A stretch of 32,000 bases of DNA from Candidatus Electrothrix sp. GW3-4 (lineage in GTDB: Bacteria > Desulfobacterota > Desulfobulbia > Desulfobulbales > Desulfobulbaceae). The first letter of the stretch is position 1. Every line of letters starts with the position of its first letter. The DNA lies in contig NZ_CP147990.1 in NCBI RefSeq assembly GCF_037902255.1, positions 1,230,001 to 1,262,000 of the forward strand, written 5' to 3'. Shown one piece after another: positions 25,400 to 32,000 of the stretch. The notes below the pieces were generated by a model. It saw only the letters and a program-made list of their open reading frames with translations, did not search any database and was not told where the DNA came from. The translations under genes and the position numbers were made by a program.

Positions 25400-25421
25400 G
25401 GGCGGGCGAGGGGGCTGGGGG
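25400..25421 (+). other. Canonical G-quadruplex motif (GGG C GGG CGA GGGGG CT GGGGG)
   Basis: Four G-runs of at least 3 with loops of 1, 3 and 2 nt, read directly. On the coding (mRNA) strand, in the 95-nt gap between the DUF3365 sensor gene and the 4-TM protein gene. Confidence 0.5.
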
Positions 25422-25480
25422 ATGATAACTGGGAGAAAAAGCTCTTGTAGGTTGTGGAAGAGATTTTTGAGGAGATCATC

Positions 25481-25921
25481 ATGCGTATCCCTGTTGGTGA
25501 GAGCCAAAAACGGCTGGTAATTATCTGGTTTGCTGGCTCTGGCTTTCTCTTTGCCTTGCTTTTTTTTCAAACCGTTTTAGGTAAATATGGCAGTGCTGCG
25601 AAAGAGGCCTGGGCATTGATGCTGCCGACCTTCGTACCGGCCCTGTTTTTGATTATTGGTACCCTGATTGCCGATGCAACCAGCGTTTCAGACCCTGATG
25701 AAACTGTCACTATTGATCGCTTTTTCTTTCGCCTTGCTGAGTTCCTCTCGATAGCCTATTTGACAACAGTTATTCTGACCATCCTTCTCAGTCCTTTTTC
25801 CCAGATTTCTCAGTTGGAATTGATAAAATTATCGAATCTTTGGCTAGTGCCCTTTCAGGGCTTGGTTACAGCAGCCCTTGGGGCATTTTTTGTCTCAAAG
25901 AATACGGGGTTGGATTCTTGA
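25481..25921 (+). CDS. Small integral membrane protein (about 4 TM helices), unknown function
   Basis: Start moved to ATG 25481, which is preceded by GAGGAG (6-nt spacer). Four hydrophobic stretches: LVIIWFAGSGFLFALLFF, ALMLPTFVPALFLIIGTLIA, LAEFLSIAYLTTVILTILL, LWLVPFQGLVTAALGAFFV. Confidence 0.5.
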   Translation: MRIPVGESQKRLVIIWFAGSGFLFALLFFQTVLGKYGSAAKEAWALMLPTFVPALFLIIGTLIADATSVSDPDETVTIDRFFFRLAEFLSIAYLTTVILTILLSPFSQISQLELIKLSNLWLVPFQGLVTAALGAFFVSKNTGLDS

Positions 25922-26044
25922 TAATTCTTGAAGTATCGACCCGTTAAGGGTGAAAATCCTGCTGCAGAGGGCAATGTCTCTGGCCTAACGTGCAGGCTGT
26001 TCCCATAGCGCCATTACTCTAATTAGCCATCAAAGACATCCGGT

Positions 26045-27814
26045 ATGAAGTTGTCCAGAATTTCTCTTCGTGCGTACCTGGTTCTTATGAATTCGGTCCT
26101 GCTCGTTCTGCTTTATCCTCTTCTGACTGCTGTTTTTATTCAAAAAACAACAGAGTTTCGCGATGAGGTTTTACGGGAAAATATCAATGCCATGCGGGAG
26201 GCAATGGAAAATCGTAGTGCTGCCTTGGTGCGTAGTATCGGCCTGAGTGTGGGGCAGGCCGCTGCTGGCTATGATTTTACCTTTCTCTCTGATCTCATGG
26301 CTGAGGTGGTGAAAAATGATCCTGAGATGGTGTATTGCTTGGTTATGGATCGTGAACGGCAGGTACTGGCCCATCCTGATAAGAATAAGCTGGGGACCCG
26401 TTTGGGGGATGCGATGGCCCGGAGGAACACCAAACAACTCTGGCCGATTTTTCCCAAGACGTTTCCTGAGGACCAGCCTTTGGAGGTTTTTTTCTTGGAA
26501 GAAAAGGACGTGTTGGGAAATACTGCGCTGTTGGAAGCCGTTCTTCCTGTGTACAACGGAGAAAAGCTTTGGGGGGTCTTGCGGTGCGGGTATACCATGC
26601 ATTTTTTGAACAGTAAAATGATCCAGGAGCATCTCCGTTGGGATAAACAGATACGGGCTATGAAGACCTATTTTATCAGCACCATGGCCGTGTTTTTTTC
26701 TATATCTGTCTTCATTGCAGTGTTGTTTACCCGTCCCTTGCTTCGGGCCCTTGATGTCCTGAGGCGAGGCGTGCATCAGGTCCGTGACGGCGACCTTGAG
26801 CACGAGATCAGGAAAGATTTGGTCTGTCATGAATTTGCTGATCTGGCAGACTCGTTTAACAGTATGACGGTCAGTTTGAGAATCAGTCGAAGGGATTTGG
26901 CAGCCTATAATAAATCCCTTGAAAAAAAGGTGGATGAGCGTACTCAAGAGCTCAAAGAAGCTCAAAATATTATGATTCAGCAGGCCCATGAAGCGGGAAT
27001 GGCTGAAATGGCTGTTGGGGTACTCCATAATATTGGTAATGCCATTACCCCAGCAAAAATCAGCACAACCACATTAATCACTCGTCTGAAAAACAGTCCG
27101 TTACGGAATAATCTGACGCAGGTGCTGAACTCGTTACAGGCGATACTAAAGGCTGCCCAGGGCTGCGTTGGTGATGATCGAACGCAGAGAATGCTGAAGA
27201 TTCTTGAGCTTATTCCTGTGTCCATTGCTGAAGAGTACGAACAGGTAGAAACGACCTTGGAACAGATCTGCGATAAACATCGCCATATCGAGGATATTAT
27301 CCGTCTGCAAAGGCAGTATGCCCGCGTTCCCATAGGGGAGCAACAGCATCTTGATATCAACCGGGTAGCCCAAGATGCCTTGAATATGTTTCAGGAGTCA
27401 TTGCAACAACGGGGCATCAAGCTTGAGCTGGCGTTTGAGGAGGTCCCTTTGGTTCGCCTTGAAGAAGTGCATGTTCTCCAGATTATCGTTAATCTGATTA
27501 AGAACAGCTATGAGTCTTTCGATAGTGGTACCACAGAGGATAAAAAAATAATATTATCCTCATTTTTAGAGGACAGTGTGCCTCATCATGTGGTATTCTC
27601 GGTCAAAGATAATGGTTGCGGTTTCACTGCAGAAGAGAGAAAAAACTTTTTCCGCTTTGGCTATAGCACCAAGGCCAGAGGCTCAGGATTCGGGCTCCAT
27701 TCTTGTGCCAATTACCTCATCGCCAACAACGGTTCCATTGACGCCGTCAGTGCTGGTCCCGGTATGGGCTCCGAGTTTATCCTACGCTTACCGACTGACA
27801 CCTCCCCGGAATAA
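26045..27814 (+). CDS. Sensor histidine kinase: TM - Cache-like periplasmic domain - TM - HAMP - dimerisation/H-box - HATPase_c
   Basis: 589 aa. Two TM helices flank a ~170-aa extracytoplasmic domain (MVYCLVMDRERQVLAHPD...LWGVLRCGY). HAMP: RPLLRALDVLRRGVHQVRDGDLEHEI. Atypical H-box: GVLHNIGNAITP. ATPase boxes: NLIKNSYES, VKDNGCGF, GSGFGLH. Confidence 0.85.
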   Translation: MKLSRISLRAYLVLMNSVLLVLLYPLLTAVFIQKTTEFRDEVLRENINAMREAMENRSAALVRSIGLSVGQAAAGYDFTFLSDLMAEVVKNDPEMVYCLVMDRERQVLAHPDKNKLGTRLGDAMARRNTKQLWPIFPKTFPEDQPLEVFFLEEKDVLGNTALLEAVLPVYNGEKLWGVLRCGYTMHFLNSKMIQEHLRWDKQIRAMKTYFISTMAVFFSISVFIAVLFTRPLLRALDVLRRGVHQVRDGDLEHEIRKDLVCHEFADLADSFNSMTVSLRISRRDLAAYNKSLEKKVDERTQELKEAQNIMIQQAHEAGMAEMAVGVLHNIGNAITPAKISTTTLITRLKNSPLRNNLTQVLNSLQAILKAAQGCVGDDRTQRMLKILELIPVSIAEEYEQVETTLEQICDKHRHIEDIIRLQRQYARVPIGEQQHLDINRVAQDALNMFQESLQQRGIKLELAFEEVPLVRLEEVHVLQIIVNLIKNSYESFDSGTTEDKKIILSSFLEDSVPHHVVFSVKDNGCGFTAEERKNFFRFGYSTKARGSGFGLHSCANYLIANNGSIDAVSAGPGMGSEFILRLPTDTSPE

Positions 27815-27836
27815 AAAACGTACGGAGATTTTCAAG

Positions 27837-29981
27837 ATGACAAACGGCAATAAGCGGATATTAATTATTGATGATGACCATGATATATGGAAGTCGTACC
27901 AACTCGTTTTGCAAGCAAAGAGCCAGGATGAATCATCGAGTATCAGTCAACTGAACGCTCTGCTCCAGGAAGAAGCCCCTCAGGAAGTTCCAGTACCTTT
28001 GGAAGAAACATTCGGTTTTGAGCTTTCCTATGCCGCTCAAGGCGAGGAGGGGTATGAAATGGTCAAACAGGCGATCCGTGATAAACAGCCCTTTGCCATT
28101 GCTTTTGTGGATATCCGCATGCCACCCGGCTGGGATGGTATGGAAACAGCAACCCATATTCGACAATTTGATCCTGATATTGAGATCGTCATTGTGACGG
28201 CCTATTCTGACCGCTCACGGGAGGAGATAGCCAGGACTGTGGGGGCACTTCATAAGTTGCTTTTTTTTCGTAAGCCCTTTGATCCTGATGAGCTCATGCA
28301 GGTGGCGGTTTCTCTTTGCGATAAATGGAATACAGGAAAAAGGGAAGACGAGCAACGGAGGGAGTTGCAAATTATTCTCGATACCAGTCCAGCTGCTATT
28401 TTCAGCATTGATCAGGAGGGGCGGATCATTGCCTGGAATCAGGCTGCTGAGAAAATTACCGGATACTTAGCTGCGGAGGTTCAGGGAAAGTTCTGTATTT
28501 TTTACAAGATCTCCGAAGATCCCATCTGTCATACCTGTGCAGCGCTGGACGCGTTTAAGAAGGGGGGGGCGGAGCGTGAGCTGAAGATCACGAGCAAAGA
28601 CGGTGCCAAGAAGATCATCTCTCTCTCTGTTTCCCAGGCTATTTTGGAAAATGAGCAAGGAAGAAGGCAGATTTGCAGCTTTTGGGATATCACGGACCTC
28701 AAAGAAGGGGAAAAGGCCCTTGCAGAAAGCAACCAACGGCTGAAGGAGAAGATTGCCAGTAATGAACGCCTGCAGGCGGAAAGTCTACGTCTGCAACAAG
28801 AGCTGCATCAGGCTCAGAAGATGGAGGCTATCGGCCTTATGGCAGGTGGGGTGGCCCATGACCTGAATAATATCCTGGCCTCTATTGTCGGCTATCCTCA
28901 GCTGATAAAATTTCAACTCCCTGATAATAAACAAGTACATGAGCTTGCTCAGGCTGTTGAAGAGTCGGGTGTGCGAGCCGCTGCGGTGGTGGATGATCTT
29001 TTGACCGTGGCACGAGGGGTGGCTGTGGTCAAACAGGTCGCAGACCTGAATCAACTGGTTGAAGAGTATCTTGTTTCGCCGGAAGCAAAGGAGATACTGG
29101 GACGACATCCCAAGGTCACCCTGTCCTCCAACCTGGACTCGCAATCACTGTATATCAGCTGTTCTTCAATTCATATTACAAAATGTCTTATGAATCTGGT
29201 CAATAATGCCGCAGAGGCCATTGGCGGAGCAGGGGAAATCGTCATCTCGACAACCTGTCAGGAGGTTGCAGAGGCCCTGGGTTGTCCTGCCTATAAGATA
29301 CAGCCATGGCAGTATGCTGTCCTGTCTGTTCGTGATAATGGTCCGGGGATCTCGGAAGAAGATCAGGAGCGGGTCTTTGAGCCCTTTTATACCAAGAAGA
29401 TTATGGGCCGAAGTGGTACCGGCCTGGGGCTGGCCGTGGTCTGGAATACGGTTCTTGATCATAGCGGCTCGGTGAGCGTGAGCAGTACCGAGGGAGAGGG
29501 GACCTGCTTTACTCTTCTCTTCCCCTTGACCGATGAAGAACCTTCTCAGGTGCAGAAAGTGGAACCCGGTCTTGAGGAATTGACCGGGAGCGCGCGTATT
29601 ATGGTGGTGGATGATGATGTGCGGCAGCTCAATCTCGCTGGTGGCATGTTGAAGGTCCTTGGTTACGAAGTGATCAAGGCCTCCAGCGGCGAAGAGGCCT
29701 TGCCGCTTCTGGCTGATCAGCCGGTGGATCTGCTGGTCTTGGATATGCTCATGCCGGGCATGAATGGTCGCCATACCTATGAAGAGGCAAAAAAACTCTA
29801 TCCTGCGTTAAAGGCTGTTATCTCCAGCGGCTTTGCCGCAGATCAGGAGGTGCAAAAAACGCAGGAATTGGGGGCTGGCAGCTTTGTCAAGAAGCCATAC
29901 ACCCTGAAACAACTGGGCCTTGCTGTCCGTAATGAATTAAGCAATATCCCGCAGGGAGAAGAAGAGCGAGAACATGAGTGA
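27837..29981 (+). CDS. Hybrid sensor kinase/response regulator: REC - PAS - HisKA - HATPase_c - REC
   Basis: Start moved to ATG 27837 (MTNGNKRILIIDDD...), 23 nt after the upstream stop. The ORF-track start at 27576 overlaps the preceding kinase gene out of frame. N-REC: FVDIRMPPGWDG. PAS: AIFSIDQEGRIIAWNQAAEKITGY. H-box: GGVAHDLNNILASIVGY. ATPase: NLVNNAAEA, VRDNGPGI, GTGLGLAVV. C-REC: IMVVDDD...DLLVLDMLMPGMNG...VKKPY. Confidence 0.85.
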   Translation: MTNGNKRILIIDDDHDIWKSYQLVLQAKSQDESSSISQLNALLQEEAPQEVPVPLEETFGFELSYAAQGEEGYEMVKQAIRDKQPFAIAFVDIRMPPGWDGMETATHIRQFDPDIEIVIVTAYSDRSREEIARTVGALHKLLFFRKPFDPDELMQVAVSLCDKWNTGKREDEQRRELQIILDTSPAAIFSIDQEGRIIAWNQAAEKITGYLAAEVQGKFCIFYKISEDPICHTCAALDAFKKGGAERELKITSKDGAKKIISLSVSQAILENEQGRRQICSFWDITDLKEGEKALAESNQRLKEKIASNERLQAESLRLQQELHQAQKMEAIGLMAGGVAHDLNNILASIVGYPQLIKFQLPDNKQVHELAQAVEESGVRAAAVVDDLLTVARGVAVVKQVADLNQLVEEYLVSPEAKEILGRHPKVTLSSNLDSQSLYISCSSIHITKCLMNLVNNAAEAIGGAGEIVISTTCQEVAEALGCPAYKIQPWQYAVLSVRDNGPGISEEDQERVFEPFYTKKIMGRSGTGLGLAVVWNTVLDHSGSVSVSSTEGEGTCFTLLFPLTDEEPSQVQKVEPGLEELTGSARIMVVDDDVRQLNLAGGMLKVLGYEVIKASSGEEALPLLADQPVDLLVLDMLMPGMNGRHTYEEAKKLYPALKAVISSGFAADQEVQKTQELGAGSFVKKPYTLKQLGLAVRNELSNIPQGEEEREHE

Positions 29982-30198
29982 GCAAAGCATAACCATTTCC
30001 ATTCGGGATGAATATATTGAACTGGACAAGCTCCTTAAACTGGCGAATCTGGCTGCCAGTGGTGGGGAAGCAAAATATATGATCAGTCAAGGTATGGTCT
30101 TGGTCAACGGGGAACCAGACACCAGAAAGCGGAGAAAGACCCGGGTGGGTGAGAAAGTGCTGTGTCATGGGGTGGAGGTGGAGATTGTTGCTGAGTGA
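29974..30198 (+). CDS. ybcJ: S4-like RNA-binding protein, YbcJ family
   Basis: 74 aa. IELDKLLKLANLAASGGEAKYMISQGMVLVNGEPDTRKRRKTRVGEKV is collinear with E. coli YbcJ (VELCDLLKLEG...GAQAKIAIAEGQVKVDGAVETRKRCKIVAGQTV). 8-nt overlap with the upstream gene. Confidence 0.75.
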   Translation: MSEQSITISIRDEYIELDKLLKLANLAASGGEAKYMISQGMVLVNGEPDTRKRRKTRVGEKVLCHGVEVEIVAE

Positions 30199-30410
30199 AG
30201 GTTGATTCTCCGGTGGACTTTTAGGCCGTATTGCGCTAAATGTCCTTGCCGGAACCGAGAACCCACGGTCTTGTCGAGCTGGAAGTAAGGAAAAAGCAAG
30301 GGGCGGGAGTGAGCAGCCTATCCTCTTCTCCCTTACTTGATATTAAGCGTGATTCTAAGACCGGTCAACGATCACCCAAGCACGAGAGCTGCAACAAGCT
30401 TACGAAAGAT

Positions 30411-31853
30411 ATGAACAGAGATATTTATCAGGAACCCCTGGTCAGTCGTTATACCTCGCCGGAAATGCAGGAGCTCTTTTCCGAGTGTTTCAAATTCACC
30501 ACTTGGCGCCGTTGTTGGATTGCCCTGGCAGAGGCCCAGCATGAACTGGGCCTGGAGCTGGTGAACCAGGAGATGATCGACGAGCTCAAGGCCCATGCCA
30601 AGGATGTTGATTTTGAGGTTGCCGCTGCCAAGGAAAAAGAGATCCGTCATGATGTTATGGCCCATGTCTATGCCTATGGCCTGCAATGTCCCAAGGCCGA
30701 GGGAATTATTCACTTGGGCGCTACTTCCCAGTTCGTGGTCTGCAATACCGATCTGATCATCCAGAAGAAGGCCCTGCAGCTGATCAAAAAGACCCTGATC
30801 AACACCATTGCCAATCTCTCGACCTTTTGCCGCTCCTATAAGGATCTGGCCACCCTGGGCTTTACCCATTACCAGCCTGCCCAGCCCACCACCGTGGGGA
30901 AACGTAATACGCTCTATATCCAGGATCTGCTCATGGATCTGGAATATATCGAGGCCTTAGAGCAACAGGTCAAGGCCAGAGGAGCCAAGGGTACCGTAGG
31001 CACCCAGGCCACCTTCCTGGAGTTGTTTCAGGGCGATCATGGCAAGGTGCGTGAACTGGATCGGTTGGTTTCCGAGAAACTGGGCTTTGCCACGGTTTTC
31101 CCGGTCACTGGTCAGACCTATCCCCGTAAGCTGGATATGAAAACCGCAGAGACCCTGGCCGGTATCGGGGCCTCGGCCCATAAATTTGCCGTGGATGTCC
31201 GTCTGCTCTCCAACCTCAAGGTCCAGGAAGAGCCCTTTGCCAAGAAGCAGGTGGGCAGCTCGGCTATGGCCTATAAGCGTAATCCCATGCGTTCGGAGCG
31301 GATGACAGGATTGGCCCGTAAGCTCATGGGGCTGCCAGCCAATTTTGCCGCCACCGCAGCTAATCAGTGGTTTGAGCGCACCCTGGATGACTCCGCCATC
31401 CGCCGGATGGATATGGCCCAGGCCTATCTCCTTACCGATGCCATCCTTAAGCTGTACGTCAACATCACCAGCGATATGGTAGTCTATCCCAAGCAGGTAG
31501 AACGTTACCTGCGGGCCGAGTTGCCTTTTATGTCCACCGAGAAGATCCTCATGGAGTGTGTGGAGAAGGGAGAGAGCCGTCAGGAGATGCACGAGGTCAT
31601 TCGGGAGCATTCTGTGGCTGCGGGCCTGGCGGTGAAAGAACAGGGCCTGGAGAACGATCTCCTCAACCGCTTGGCCGATGATGAACGGGTGCCTTTTGCC
31701 CTGGATGAGTTGGATGGTATGATCAGTAATTACCAGGAATTCACGGGCAGGGCTGCTGAGCAGACTGATGAGTTCCTGGATGAGGTGGTGGCTCCGATCC
31801 TGGAGAGATATCAGGATCAGCTTGGTGGAATCGATGCCTCACTCAAGGTCTGA
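30411..31853 (+). CDS. purB: Adenylosuccinate lyase PurB (long, ADSL-like type)
   Basis: Start moved to ATG 30411 (MNRDIYQEPLVSRYTSPEM...). Fumarate-lyase signature VGSSAMAYKRNPMRSE. HLGATSQ and THYQPAQPTTVGKR blocks. The upstream 57 codons of the ORF-track call have no PurB counterpart. Confidence 0.95.
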   Translation: MNRDIYQEPLVSRYTSPEMQELFSECFKFTTWRRCWIALAEAQHELGLELVNQEMIDELKAHAKDVDFEVAAAKEKEIRHDVMAHVYAYGLQCPKAEGIIHLGATSQFVVCNTDLIIQKKALQLIKKTLINTIANLSTFCRSYKDLATLGFTHYQPAQPTTVGKRNTLYIQDLLMDLEYIEALEQQVKARGAKGTVGTQATFLELFQGDHGKVRELDRLVSEKLGFATVFPVTGQTYPRKLDMKTAETLAGIGASAHKFAVDVRLLSNLKVQEEPFAKKQVGSSAMAYKRNPMRSERMTGLARKLMGLPANFAATAANQWFERTLDDSAIRRMDMAQAYLLTDAILKLYVNITSDMVVYPKQVERYLRAELPFMSTEKILMECVEKGESRQEMHEVIREHSVAAGLAVKEQGLENDLLNRLADDERVPFALDELDGMISNYQEFTGRAAEQTDEFLDEVVAPILERYQDQLGGIDASLKV

Positions 31854-31893
31854 AAAGGTGGAAAGGGGGACGGTGAGCCGTGCCCCTGAGGCA

Positions 31894-32000
31894 ATGTGTA
31901 CCTTTTATCTCAGGGTACGTCCTGAGCGGATAGCCCTTTTTCGTTTTTTGTTGGAGGGCTACGATGGTCTGGCCGTGCTTTCCACGATGGATGCCAAGGA
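31894..32000 (+). CDS. DUF4911-like protein, N-terminal fragment (3'-truncated by window edge)
   Basis: MCTFYLRVRPERIALFRFLLEGYDGLAVLSTMDAK... resembles the N-terminus I recall for DUF4911 proteins (..iaflkfilEgydgla.vsT.d). In-frame GTG starts at 31858 and 31873 are alternatives. Only 35 codons are visible. Confidence 0.4.
   Translation, partial: MCTFYLRVRPERIALFRFLLEGYDGLAVLSTMDAK

Noticed and set aside
26171-27028. 285-aa antisense ORF. Similar long shadow ORFs lie at 24399-25190, 19176-19847, 30957-31610, 16457-17080 and 23301-23837.
   Set aside because: All lie opposite genes with strong family signatures. They have odd composition (rich in H/P/R/Q/L) and no recognisable motifs. They are typical shadow ORFs.
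27576-27836. Upstream extension of the hybrid kinase ORF (track start 27576)
   Set aside because: It overlaps the ATPase domain coding region of the preceding kinase out of frame. The REC domain begins right after ATG 27837, which lies 23 nt after the upstream stop with ACGGAG upstream.
30240-30410. 57-codon N-terminal extension of purB, and an 8-bp stem (30283-30290 / 30331-30338) in that region
   Set aside because: PurB homology starts at the ATG at 30411, and the extension has no counterpart in PurB proteins. The hairpin has a 40-nt loop and matches no riboswitch I recognise, so I treat the region as an ordinary 5' leader.
1-32000. CTGCAG (PstI/BsuBI site) avoidance as evidence for R-M activity
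   Set aside because: I found at least six CTGCAG sites by eye (11512, 16247, 21182, 25962, 28770, 30774), against a naive expectation of about eight. There is no visible depletion, and the true specificity is unknown.
1-32000. CRISPR arrays, tRNA/rRNA genes, IS elements, integrases, prophage genes
   Set aside because: I saw no regularly spaced repeats and no cloverleaf-like or rRNA-like sequence in the gaps. No transposase, integrase or phage-like ORF appears in the six-frame track.

Overview
32-kb chromosomal window, probably from a Desulfobacterota/deltaproteobacterium-like Gram-negative. The taxon is inferred from gene content only; GC is roughly 45-55% by spot checks. There are three strand blocks.
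(1) 1-11649 (+): the 3' part of a PstI/BsuBI-type R-M pair, AT-richer than its neighbours. It abuts a lipid A / LPS-core operon: LpxL-type acyltransferase, GT9 heptosyltransferase, DUF362-ferredoxin, B12-binding radical SAM enzyme and GT2, then fabZ-lpxA-lpxI and a GT4.
(2) 11692-17976 (-): an eight-gene co-directional cluster, which I consider the most interesting part. It holds two tandem paralogous REC-DUF4388 response regulators (one fused to a Roadblock/LC7 domain), a V4R-like small protein, and a glutamine-synthetase-fold 'amidoligase'-like enzyme. A stand-alone class-II (Ntn, MCGI...) glutamine amidotransferase starts 21 nt after the amidoligase, followed by two free-standing Roadblock/LC7 proteins and a Cys-rich 'two-CW' protein. 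No GTPase partner is present. A perfect 14-bp inverted repeat sits in the middle of the cluster.
(3) 18447-32000 (+): a divergent REC-GAF-PAS histidine kinase, an orphan helical protein, rlmL (rlmKL) and a YfcD-like Nudix hydrolase. Then comes a sensory cluster: heme-c DUF3365/HAMP-only sensor, 4-TM protein, Cache/HAMP kinase and a REC-PAS-HK-REC hybrid. It ends with a ybcJ-like S4 protein, purB and the start of a DUF4911-like gene.
No rRNA, tRNA, CRISPR array, transposase or integrase was recognised. All family assignments come from motif recognition by eye and memory of family signatures. They need HMM/BLAST confirmation.
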